A DNA stretch of 64,000 nt, taken from the NCBI GenBank assembly GCA_002011125.2, contig MTMF02000009.1, positions 936,989-1,000,988 on the forward strand, read 5' to 3'. The position numbers were made by a program, and so were the translations under genes. This DNA is from Candidatus Hydrothermarchaeum profundi (GTDB lineage Archaea > Hydrothermarchaeota > Hydrothermarchaeia > Hydrothermarchaeales > Hydrothermarchaeaceae). The notes under the pieces were generated by a model. The model was not told the DNA's origin, made no database searches, and was given only the letters and a program-made list of their open reading frames with translations. The first letter of the stretch is position 1. Every line of letters begins with the position of its first letter. Below, one piece after another: positions 47,860 through 58,507 of the stretch.

Positions 47860-49251
47860 ATGAGGTATTATTGGTTATTGGGTTTATTTTTGATCATAGG
47901 GATAGTTCATGCTCAGGAAGTTAGAGAACATCCAACCTTAAAAGAACTTGTGATTTTTTCTGAAAAAAAGATTCCATGGGACGGACTTGACTGTGGAGAC
48001 TGCCATTTTAATGCAACAAAAATGTCCGACTATGGCAGACCAGAATTTTATATTGATGTTGAAAAATACAAGAAAACAGACCATGGCAATAAGTCTGTTG
48101 GTAATACAACGTGTTATGACTGTCATTTGCTGACGTTGCCTGTGTATACCGCTAAAGGAAATGAGTATTTGAATTGGGCAGGTTTTTGTCCACCTCCTAA
48201 GATTATAGGTGGATATGGGAGCAACGATACATATCATACAGTGCCTTCTGAGGGATGTGTCAATAAAGACAAAGGATGTCATTGGACGAAAGAGATATTC
48301 TTTAGTAGTGAGCATTTCCTGCAGGATGATAGAATTAAATCCGAAAAATACTGGAATTCCTCTCATGAAGACTATCGGCCGTGGTATTGCGAGGGCTGTC
48401 ATGCCACTTGTGGGAGCTGTCATTGGGATGGGCCAGAACCCAAAGAAGAAGAGGAGTTTAAATTTGATTTCTTAGAAAATGTAGAGGCTCACAAGATAAG
48501 GAGAAATATTTCTAGCGAGATATGTGCTATATGTCACCATGGATATTATAACTTTACAGAAAACTTTCCAAAGGTATCTGTGTATGGGTCTCCGCAGTAT
48601 GAGGAGTTAAGTGTTAGTGTCCACAGTAAGATGGAATGTAAAGATTGCCATAGAAATATACATGGAGGGACTTATGAGACAGGGGCATATGGAAAAAGGA
48701 GGGGGCCAATAAGCTGTGGGACATGTCATACAGACGTAATAAAATCTCTGGAAGCCGGACCTCACATAAATGTAGCATGTGTCTCATGCCATTCTACTTG
48801 GCTACCTATATGGCAGGATCCAGAGTCGCTTACTTTAGAACCTATGGCTCTGTCATTTGGGCGCGTAGATGAACCACGCTCTTGGCCAACTCACGAGATT
48901 AGGAAGAAAGAGAACGTGAGGGAATGCAGTTATTGTCATGGTAATTCCACAACACAACAGAAATATCTTGAAATGAAAGAAGAAGCTATTGAGAAAATGA
49001 ATAAATCCCTTAACGATGTGATCGGTGCGAGGGCAGTATTAGTTACCGCAGTAAAACTCAAATTTCAAGATGCTAGAGCTGCATGGGCACATGTGTCATC
49101 AGATAGAGATGACTTAACTAGAGAAACTCTTGCTCTAGCTAAAGAAGCCAAAAAAACTGCAGACCTGATAAATTTTGTTAGTTTTATCGCATACCTCGCT
49201 ATAGTGCTTGCTATAATTGGTTTAATACTTGTAATTTGGCCATATGATTAG
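47860..49251 (+). CDS. Membrane-anchored multiheme cytochrome c (9 CxxCH + 1 CX6CH)
   Basis: Signal peptide; CGDCH, CYDCH, CEGCH, CGSCH, CAICH, CKDCH, CGTCH, CVSCH, CSYCH; C-terminal TM. Confidence 0.9.
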   Translation: MRYYWLLGLFLIIGIVHAQEVREHPTLKELVIFSEKKIPWDGLDCGDCHFNATKMSDYGRPEFYIDVEKYKKTDHGNKSVGNTTCYDCHLLTLPVYTAKGNEYLNWAGFCPPPKIIGGYGSNDTYHTVPSEGCVNKDKGCHWTKEIFFSSEHFLQDDRIKSEKYWNSSHEDYRPWYCEGCHATCGSCHWDGPEPKEEEEFKFDFLENVEAHKIRRNISSEICAICHHGYYNFTENFPKVSVYGSPQYEELSVSVHSKMECKDCHRNIHGGTYETGAYGKRRGPISCGTCHTDVIKSLEAGPHINVACVSCHSTWLPIWQDPESLTLEPMALSFGRVDEPRSWPTHEIRKKENVRECSYCHGNSTTQQKYLEMKEEAIEKMNKSLNDVIGARAVLVTAVKLKFQDARAAWAHVSSDRDDLTRETLALAKEAKKTADLINFVSFIAYLAIVLAIIGLILVIWPYD

Positions 49252-49252
49252 G

Positions 49253-50704
49253 CTACTTCCACTTGAAAGCCTCAGTGATCTTTTCTTCTACGCTTTTTCT
49301 AGGAGTTCCACTTAATACGCTTTCATACTTGGTGAATGGAAGTCTTATTTCTATTCCTCTATCCGATATAATGTATTCTCTTATTTCTTTATCATGGTCG
49401 CTATTTCTCATGCGAAGGACTGATATTGCCTTCTTTATTCCTGATTCGATTTCGACGTATCGCATGAGTATTGTGGTATCCATCATGAAGGGTGCTCTAG
49501 AGTCAAGCATAAGTGATCCCGCTATCTCGCGGGTTTCATTAGTCAAAATCGAGGTGATGCCTTTTGTTTTGAATAGTGTTATCAAAGAGTTTACATATCT
49601 TGAAAATGAGGGAGTATCTCCGAAAGCCATTTGTATTCCGTTTATAGAGTCTATTACTAATCTCTTAGCTCCTATTTCTTTGATTGTTTTTTCAATTTTG
49701 GTGTAAAGTTCATCCATGTTCACTTCAGGTGGAAGGGTGTATATAATCCTCAGTAGATTCTTCTCAGAAAAAGACTTGAGGTCCCATCCAAATCCTTCTG
49801 CGCGAGCATATATTTCATCAGGCCTTTCATCGAAGGTTATTATAATACCCGGCTCTTTATTTTTAGCTCCTTCTACTATAAAGTGAGTGCATAAGACCGA
49901 TTTTCCAACCCCCGGAGGTCCATGAACTACAGTTGAACTCCCTCTCAGTAGTCCTCCAAGAATCATATCATCTAGCCCTTTTATTCCTGTAGAACATCTT
50001 CCTTTTTCTATCGCTTCTGGTTTCTCTCTAGCCCTTATTCTTGGGAAGACTACGATACCCTCCTCAGTTATTTCGAATGAATGTTTACCTGACAGATATT
50101 TCTGGCCTCTCATCTTTTTCACGGTTAAGTACCTCTGAGTTTTAAGCATATCCGCTTCTTCAGATAGGTAAATAATGCCATCGACCATATAGGACACCAA
50201 ACTCTTAGGAAGGTCCTCTGGAGTGAATTCTCCTGTGACTAGTACCAGCGCGTTCCATCCCTTCATTTCAGTGAACAAGTTATAAAAGAACTCTCTTCTC
50301 TTTGCTTCATCGAATCTGTATCCGAGAGTTGTAACAGGGTCTATCACAACCCTGTTGGGCTTAACTGTCTCAATTTTCTCTCTTATAGAGTCTATTATCT
50401 CTTCAGGAGTATCCTTTAGAGAAAGTTTGCTGATATCTAAATAGTGGATCTTTCTTTCTTCATAAAGGTCTGGGTTATAGAAGGTGAACTGTGACATGAA
50501 GTTATTTATCATAGCGATAGGCTCTCCAACAGCCGGCATCAAAAGACAGACTTCATCCTTATATTTAGCTGCATTGAAAATGCTTTGGACTACAAAGGTA
50601 GTTTTTCCAGTACCGGCAATTCCACCCACCAATACTACGGAAGGCCTCGTAAATCCACCACCGAGAATTTCATCTAAACCGGCTATGCCGGTGGTGACTA
50701 ACAT
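49253..50704 (-). CDS. Double-domain KaiC-like / RAD55 ATPase
   Basis: Two RecA domains: GIAGTGKT...RVVIDP...KMRG and GPPGVGKS...RLVIDS...RMRNS. Confidence 0.88.
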   Translation of the reverse strand: MLVTTGIAGLDEILGGGFTRPSVVLVGGIAGTGKTTFVVQSIFNAAKYKDEVCLLMPAVGEPIAMINNFMSQFTFYNPDLYEERKIHYLDISKLSLKDTPEEIIDSIREKIETVKPNRVVIDPVTTLGYRFDEAKRREFFYNLFTEMKGWNALVLVTGEFTPEDLPKSLVSYMVDGIIYLSEEADMLKTQRYLTVKKMRGQKYLSGKHSFEITEEGIVVFPRIRAREKPEAIEKGRCSTGIKGLDDMILGGLLRGSSTVVHGPPGVGKSVLCTHFIVEGAKNKEPGIIITFDERPDEIYARAEGFGWDLKSFSEKNLLRIIYTLPPEVNMDELYTKIEKTIKEIGAKRLVIDSINGIQMAFGDTPSFSRYVNSLITLFKTKGITSILTNETREIAGSLMLDSRAPFMMDTTILMRYVEIESGIKKAISVLRMRNSDHDKEIREYIISDRGIEIRLPFTKYESVLSGTPRKSVEEKITEAFKWK

Positions 50705-51154
50705 TTAAATTACCTCCTTCACTACCTCGCTCCATTTAACATTCGCAAGTGTGAAGGTACATCTCCCATTCTCACCGTGCTTTTCCTTATAATAGTAGTG
50801 GATATCCCTTTTTTCTCCGTAAATACCTGAGGTTAAGCCATATAGAAACCCGCGCATGAAGTTACATCGTGATTGTCTTGTGGATAGTTCAAATGAGTTA
50901 CTCAGAGTTATGTTTATCAGCTCTTCCTTAAAGGAAATGTCAAAACCATCATAAAAACCTAAGGGGATTAAATTTTCAAGGGCCTTGTTAAGCTTTTTAT
51001 CTTGGGGTATCTCGTTTAATTGAGTAGAGTATTTATATCCCATTCTTTCGCCGAATTTGTATATTATCCCTTCTCCACCTCGGCCCGTCACGTCTACTAA
51101 ATCATTAAAAAGAGCGATTAAGTCCTCAATTTCAATCTTAAATTCTTTCATCAT
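50705..51154 (-). CDS. V4R-like domain protein
   Basis: GIIYKFGERMG, NSFE, CNFMRGFLYG, CTF; directly upstream of the KaiC-like gene. Confidence 0.6.
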   Translation of the reverse strand: MMKEFKIEIEDLIALFNDLVDVTGRGGEGIIYKFGERMGYKYSTQLNEIPQDKKLNKALENLIPLGFYDGFDISFKEELINITLSNSFELSTRQSRCNFMRGFLYGLTSGIYGEKRDIHYYYKEKHGENGRCTFTLANVKWSEVVKEVI

Positions 51155-51254
51155 GGTTATATTCGTCTAAGTATATTTTATATTTTTCCTTACATTTTAA
51201 TAGTTCTTCAACTAAAATATGTAAATTACCAGAAAAAGGAAGTTTTGGTTAATT

Positions 51255-52790
51255 TCACCGTTCTCCGATGAAAGTATACTCTGGAAATCTTTTCAGTATC
51301 ATACCTTCAATGCGGACAGGTAGAAGTTGTTTTGCAAGCTTTGAGGCTTCTTCTAGCTCCCACTCGGATTCCGCGTAAATATCAAAAAGCGGTTCTCCTT
51401 TGGCGACTTTTGTACCTTTGGTGATATATAGGTGTATTCCTGCGCCTTTACTCTTTGGAGAACCTGCAGCCCTAGCAACCTGCACAATCGCTTTGTTTGA
51501 TATATGCGTTACATATCCCCCCATGGGCGAATAAATAGTTTCTTTATATCTCCCGACCGATATATAGTCAGAGGTCACTTTAGGGTCTCCGCCTTGAGCC
51601 TCTATTATCTCTTTCATCTTTTTAAGAGCTTTGCCTGATTTCAATATCTCCATTGCCGCTTGTTTTCCATTCCCTTTAGTTGCGATCCCTCCAGCCTCTA
51701 GTAATATACCTGCGATATCAGTTGACTTCTCGATTAGACTACTTGGTCCTTCACCTTCTAATGCTTTCAATCCTTCTTTAGCTTCTAGCGCAGGTCCTAC
51801 AGCTCTCCCTATAGGCTTGTCACCATATGTGACAGCGCACTCAACCGTTATATCCAATCTCTCCCCTAATTCTAAGAAATCTCTAGCATATTTCCTAGCA
51901 TCTTCCATGGTGGGAATCTTAGTTTCAGAGCCCATGGGTAAGTCTATCACTACAAAATCTGCACCTACCGCATATTTTTTAGCCATGACAGAGCATAGAG
52001 CTAGATAATGAGGATCAATTGCTAAAGGATACTCGACTCTTATAAATATATCATCTGCAGGAGCAAGGTTTACACCGCCGCCCCATGCTATTATTCCATT
52101 AGTCCTATCGACTATCTCTACTATTTCGCTTGCGTTAAATGTAACTGGTGCTAAGACTTCCATAATATCCGCTGTCCCACATGCTGATGTGATAGCTCGA
52201 GAAGAAGTTTTTGGGATTGCAAGACCAGCTGCCGCTACTATAGGAACTACCAGCAACGTGATTTTGTTTCCCGGTACCCCTCCAAGACTATGCTTGTCGA
52301 ATACTGGTTTCTTCCTAATTTCTAATATTTCGCCGGTTTCAGCCATCTTTTTTGATAGATAAGCCGCTTCATCTATATTTAGCCCATTTATATAAATAGC
52401 TGAGACGAAAGCGGTAATCTCTACCTCACTTAATCTCCCGGTGACCACATCTTTGACTATAGATTCGAACTCTGCCTCACTCAGAGTAACCCCCTGCATT
52501 TTCTTTCTTATATATTCCACCGACTTGGGCTTCTCGGTAGGGGCCACTATGATATCATCGCTCTCTTTCACTCCCATAGTCTTAAGTATGTCAGCTGAGA
52601 TGCCTATCTCTCCAGCCTTTATTACGGTTTTAGTTGTATTTACTACGGCGACTATCGATTTTCCGCGTGAGAAAAGTTTTATTCTATCTTTAGGACGAAC
52701 TCCAAGTTTTTTAGCATCAGTTTCATTTAGAGTTGCTTCGTATCTCCCTATCTCTAAATCAAAGATTTTAGCTTTTAAAGTTATTTCCAT
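51255..52790 (-). CDS. AMP phosphorylase (archaeal thymidine phosphorylase family)
   Basis: N-terminal extension, DKHSLGGVPGNK, PKTSSRAITS..GTAD, GPALEA. Confidence 0.92.
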   Translation of the reverse strand: MEITLKAKIFDLEIGRYEATLNETDAKKLGVRPKDRIKLFSRGKSIVAVVNTTKTVIKAGEIGISADILKTMGVKESDDIIVAPTEKPKSVEYIRKKMQGVTLSEAEFESIVKDVVTGRLSEVEITAFVSAIYINGLNIDEAAYLSKKMAETGEILEIRKKPVFDKHSLGGVPGNKITLLVVPIVAAAGLAIPKTSSRAITSACGTADIMEVLAPVTFNASEIVEIVDRTNGIIAWGGGVNLAPADDIFIRVEYPLAIDPHYLALCSVMAKKYAVGADFVVIDLPMGSETKIPTMEDARKYARDFLELGERLDITVECAVTYGDKPIGRAVGPALEAKEGLKALEGEGPSSLIEKSTDIAGILLEAGGIATKGNGKQAAMEILKSGKALKKMKEIIEAQGGDPKVTSDYISVGRYKETIYSPMGGYVTHISNKAIVQVARAAGSPKSKGAGIHLYITKGTKVAKGEPLFDIYAESEWELEEASKLAKQLLPVRIEGMILKRFPEYTFIGER

Positions 52791-52823
52791 TTTATCACTC
52801 TTTATATTTGTAGACTACTCTTT

Positions 52824-53765
52824 TTAAAAGAAGTGGTCTATTGACTTTTGATTTTTAGTGATCCTTTTTTGCCGAGAAATAACAAATTCTTGGAAGCGTT
52901 CTATAGATTTGAATTTTAAGTTCTTTATCCCACGGTAACTCCAGTTTGTAGCGTTTATACTAGCTACAGTATTAGCTATATTAGCGCTTTTTAAAGGATT
53001 TCCTGTCTTAAGGTATGATGAAATGAAAGCCCCAGCAAAAGAATCACCACATCCAGTAAGGTCTAGGATCTTTTGTTGGTAAGGAGTAGCGGATAGAGTT
53101 GTTTCTCCTTTTTCGATTATCGCGCTCCCGTCTATCCCAATAGTTACAACTATTAAGTTATGTTTCATTTTTTTTAATGAACTCAGAGCGTTTCCCAATC
53201 TTTTAGTCTTAGTTAATAACACGGCTTCTTCCTCGTTAAGAGAAAATACATCTACCATCGGGATAAGTTTTATAATCTCTTTCCTATATCTTGGTAGATA
53301 GCCGAGATGAGTGTTAAGGGATATTAATGCGTCCGTTTTTTTCCGTAGAAATTTTATAAAAGATGCTTGTTTAGTTGAAGCCATCGGTGCTAGATGGAAA
53401 GCCTTAGCATTCAGGTACTCCTGCGGAATGTCTCTTGGGCGTATATACACCCCTACGTTTAAGGAGTATTCCTTATAAACTGCTGTTCCATCCTTAGCAT
53501 ATTCGATCACAAAGTTTGTGCTTTTACCTCTTACTTTTTTTATGCCCCTTATATCAATTCCAGCTCTTTTGATGTCCATAAAAAAATCCTGCGGGAAGTC
53601 CTTTCCAACTCTAGAAACAACTCCTGTTTGGTTAAAAATTTTAGCGGCCATCGCAGAGTATATCGCAGCTCCTCCAAGCTGAAGCTCATAGCCGCCGTCA
53701 ATTCTCACTTTATCTATACTAGCATGCCCTATTGTAACTACGTCCATGAGGAATTCTCCTGGCAT
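52824..53765 (-). CDS. PfkB family carbohydrate/nucleoside kinase
   Basis: LGGAAIYSA, VGKDF, NEEEA, DLTGCGDSFAG. Confidence 0.88.
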   Translation of the reverse strand: MPGEFLMDVVTIGHASIDKVRIDGGYELQLGGAAIYSAMAAKIFNQTGVVSRVGKDFPQDFFMDIKRAGIDIRGIKKVRGKSTNFVIEYAKDGTAVYKEYSLNVGVYIRPRDIPQEYLNAKAFHLAPMASTKQASFIKFLRKKTDALISLNTHLGYLPRYRKEIIKLIPMVDVFSLNEEEAVLLTKTKRLGNALSSLKKMKHNLIVVTIGIDGSAIIEKGETTLSATPYQQKILDLTGCGDSFAGAFISSYLKTGNPLKSANIANTVASINATNWSYRGIKNLKFKSIERFQEFVISRQKRITKNQKSIDHFF

Positions 53766-53977
53766 TCAGTAGTTAATTAATCTATTGAAATAATTATAGA
53801 TTTATTGCATTAGAGCTTTAAATTAATTCTGAGGAATATCAATAATGCTAATTTCTTTTTCAGCGTCTTTCTTATTATCCTGCGATTATAGTTAATCTCG
53901 AGTTCTCACTCTTTCTGATAGTAGTTCTGATCCTCACTCCAAAGTATTTTTATGTTTCTCTTTCAGAAGAATTTCTA

Positions 53978-54757
53978 GTGAACTCGAGATCAGTTGCAAC
54001 AAAACGGGTTAAATTTAAGAATGACAGAGGTTTAAAATTATCGGGAATATTGGATTACCCAGTATATGTTGAAAAAAAATTTCCTGCTGTGGTGATTTGT
54101 CCTCATTTTACTGGATTCAAGGAGATAAAACATTATTACAATCTCGCAAAAATTTTAACTATGAATGGTTTTGTCGCATTGAGATTTGACTTCTCAGATT
54201 GTATAGGAGAAAGCGAGGGTTCTTGTGAGGACATGATGCTCACTCACCAAGTGAGAGATGTTTTCTCTGCACTTGATTTTATGGAAAAGCAATATATTGT
54301 TGATCCTATGAGACTTGGAATCATAGGGCACTCACTTGGCGGTACTACGGCAATAGTTGCTGCAGCTAAAGATAATAGGATAAGAGCATTGGTTGTAGTT
54401 GCTCCAGCTAGAGCCGACATTTTCGGTTCTAAATTAATTGAAGAGTGGAGAAAAGATGGATATATGACTTTTAGGACTTATAAGAGAGGTGAAATTAGAG
54501 TTAAGTGGAGCTTCTATGAGGATCTTAAGAAATATGAGTTAACTAGATTAGTTAAGAAAGTCAGATGTCCACTAAGGATAATTCATGGAAGTGCAGATGA
54601 GTTATTTGATATAGAAGCTGCCAAGATATTATATGCGAATGCGAATAAGCCTAAAGACCTTAAAGTCATTGAAGGAGCCGATCATTTTTTTAATGATGAA
54701 AAATATGGAGAACAGATGATAGATCTGACTGTTGAATGGTTTAAAGAGAAACTTTAA
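53978..54757 (+). CDS. Alpha/beta hydrolase
   Basis: HFTG, RFDFS..GESEG, GHSLGG, IHGSAD, GADH. Confidence 0.9.
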   Translation: MNSRSVATKRVKFKNDRGLKLSGILDYPVYVEKKFPAVVICPHFTGFKEIKHYYNLAKILTMNGFVALRFDFSDCIGESEGSCEDMMLTHQVRDVFSALDFMEKQYIVDPMRLGIIGHSLGGTTAIVAAAKDNRIRALVVVAPARADIFGSKLIEEWRKDGYMTFRTYKRGEIRVKWSFYEDLKKYELTRLVKKVRCPLRIIHGSADELFDIEAAKILYANANKPKDLKVIEGADHFFNDEKYGEQMIDLTVEWFKEKL

Positions 54758-55056
54758 CTGCTTTTCTCTTTCTCTAACTGCTCTCTACCAGAACCCCTAG
54801 TACAATAATACTGCCATCTCAAATTCATTTCGCTTTGGACCGGGCACGGAGGACACATGCAGCCTTTCTCTTCCTCTATCATCTCACTTTTCCCGATCCC
54901 ACAAAATAGTAATTTAGTTTCCCCAGTACCAGAATATGTGGGACATTTTCCACAGTAATTAGCACAGATCTTAGATGCAGTTTCCATTCTTTTTTTAATT
55001 TCTTCTTCTGATAACTTGGACATTTCTTTTAAAACGTCTTCATATTTTTTAGCCAT
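54754..55056 (-). CDS. Cys-rich DUF2769-like protein
   Basis: CGKCPTY...LFC..GKS...GCMCPPCPV...YYC. Confidence 0.75.
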   Translation of the reverse strand: MAKKYEDVLKEMSKLSEEEIKKRMETASKICANYCGKCPTYSGTGETKLLFCGIGKSEMIEEEKGCMCPPCPVQSEMNLRWQYYCTRGSGREQLEKEKSS

Positions 55057-55146
55057 AAGCAATCACAGTTGGGATTCAGCTAATAAATTATATAAAACGT
55101 TAGCATGATTATCGTAGGCTGGATTCGATTCTCAATGATTTTAAAC

Positions 55147-55800
55147 TCATTTTCTTTCTTTAAAAACATGGATTAATACCATCCCCGTGATGAAACCGCC
55201 AATATGAGCGAAATATGCGACTCCTCCAACGTTAGAACTCATCTGTGGTAATACTGTTACTCCTGTGAATAGTTGTATTATGAACCAAAACCCTAAGACC
55301 CAGATTGCTGGTAGTGTGATCCACCTTATAAAATATCCGAATATTACTATACAATGAACTCTAGCATGAGGGTATGTTACAAAATAGGCTCCTAATATTC
55401 CAGCAACTGCACCGGAGGCTCCTAGATTTGGCACAGTTGAATACGGATTGACCCATATTTGGGTTGCAGCCGCTCCTAGCCCAGATAGAATATAAAATAT
55501 TATGAATTTAAACCGTCCAACGATGTCTTCTATATTATCACCAAAGATGTAGAGGTACAGCATATTGCCCATTATGTGCATCATACCTCCGTGTAAAAAC
55601 ATAGAAGTAAGAAGCGTGTAGAGGCTAGTGCCATTCATTATATTAGCAGGTATTAGAGCATAAGCTCTAAGGAAACCAAAAAGGTCTCCACTAAAAGAGA
55701 GGGCTATTTCATACAGGAATACGACTCCATTTATTAAAATAAGGGTATATGTTACTATTGGAGTTCGCCGTGAAGGATTGTCATCTTTTATTGGAATCAT
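55147..55800 (-). CDS. Rhomboid intramembrane serine protease
   Basis: MIPIKDDNP start, SMFLHGG..HIMGNM, GASGA, AHIGGF. Confidence 0.92.
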   Translation of the reverse strand: MIPIKDDNPSRRTPIVTYTLILINGVVFLYEIALSFSGDLFGFLRAYALIPANIMNGTSLYTLLTSMFLHGGMMHIMGNMLYLYIFGDNIEDIVGRFKFIIFYILSGLGAAATQIWVNPYSTVPNLGASGAVAGILGAYFVTYPHARVHCIVIFGYFIRWITLPAIWVLGFWFIIQLFTGVTVLPQMSSNVGGVAYFAHIGGFITGMVLIHVFKERK

Positions 55801-55852
55801 ATCCTTGTTTACCCAAACTTTAAATATAAGACTGTTGGTATTCCGGAATTTA

Positions 55853-57243
55853 ATGAGAATTGTAATGAAATTTGGAGGAAGTTCTCTCAAAAACGGAGAG
55901 ATGATTAGTAAAACAGCTCAGATAGTTAAGGACTATAAGCCGGAAGAATGTGTCCTAGTAGTTTCGGCCATGCAGGGAGTTACGGACCAGCTGATTGAAA
56001 CCGCTAACAAAATAGCTGAAGGCCTTTTAGATGAAGAAGAAATAAGAAATTTTGTTGGGGATTTACAAGAAAGGCATCGGGTTGCCACAGTGAAGGCGGT
56101 AACTGGTGAACATCAAGAACCAGTTTTAATTGATATAGAAAAATTATGCTCCGAACTCGAAAAAGTATTGATAGGTATCTCCTATGTAGGAGAGTTGACT
56201 CCTAGGTCCATAGATTATGTGATGTCTTTCGGTGAGAGGCTTTCAGCACCAATTGTATCTGGAGCCCTTAGAAGTCTTGGAGTTGAATCACAGTGGCTTA
56301 CTGGATACGATGCGGGAATTGTAACAGATTCCAATTTTGGAAGAGCAAGCCCAATATGGGATTTAACCAATGAAAGAGTTAAAGCTACTCTCTCCCCTGT
56401 GATAACTAGAGGGGAAGTTCCGGTAGTTACAGGGTTTATAGCTGGAGACATGCGTGGACGTATTACTACTTTAAGCCGTGGTGGTTCTGATTTTACTGCC
56501 GCTATCATTGGAGCCGCCTTAAGTGTGGATGAAATATGGATCTGGACGGATGTGGATGGGATAATGAGCACAGATCCTAGGATGGTCAAAGAGGCGAGAA
56601 CCATAAAAGTTATATCATTTATGGAAGCGATGGAGCTTGCTTATTTTGGTGCCAAGGTTCTTCATCCTAAAACAATCGAGCCAGCGATGGAGAAAGATAT
56701 CCCTGTGAGGGTTAGGAACACTTTTAACCCTGCTAATGAAGGCACAGTAATAGTAAGAGAGCAAGAGCAGGTTGTGGATGTTGTTAAGGCTATAAGCGTC
56801 ATGGAGAATGTGGCACTCCTCAATGTGTCTGGAGTGGGTATGATAGGAATACCTGGAGTCGCAGCAAAAGTATTTAGCGCCCTAGCAGAGGAAAAGGTGA
56901 ACATATTAATGATATCCCAAGGGTCAAGTGAGGTTAATATCTCAATCATAGTTGAGAAGGAAGACCTTAAAAAGGCTGTGAGAATCTTAGAGAGGGTTTT
57001 TGCTGATAAGAGTATTGTTAAAGATGTTCAATACAATGAGGATGTAGCTATAATCGCGGTAGTTGGAGCTGGAATGAGAGGTACTAAGGGGGTAGCTGCT
57101 AGAGTATTTAAGGCAGTAGCAGATGCTGGTGTTAACGTATTAATGATAGCTCAGGGTTCGAGCGAAGTAAATATATCATTCATCGTTCTAAGAAAAGATG
57201 CCGTTAAAGCGGCAAAGGCCCTCCATGATGAGTTTATAAAGAA

Positions 57244-57247
<4 letters not shown>
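55853..57247 (+). CDS. lysC: Aspartate kinase
   Basis: [33 protein letters not shown], two ACT domains. Confidence 0.92.
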
Positions 57248-58407
<1,160 letters not shown>

Positions 58408-58507
58408 TTATGTTTCCTCCATCTTTCTATAGAAGTAATTAGATATAAAAAGTATTTCTAAAAGAGGGTATAGATTTTTTTTAATATTTTCAAGGATCAT
58501 TTTCAGA

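Noticed and set aside
53766-53977. ~210-bp intergenic region as an ncRNA or small gene
   Set aside because: Only a 20-codon minus-strand ORF without support and no convincing structure; consistent with divergent promoters.
55110-55140. T-loop-like GGATTCGATTC suggesting a tRNA or att site
   Set aside because: No cloverleaf or acceptor stem can be built and no integrase is nearby.
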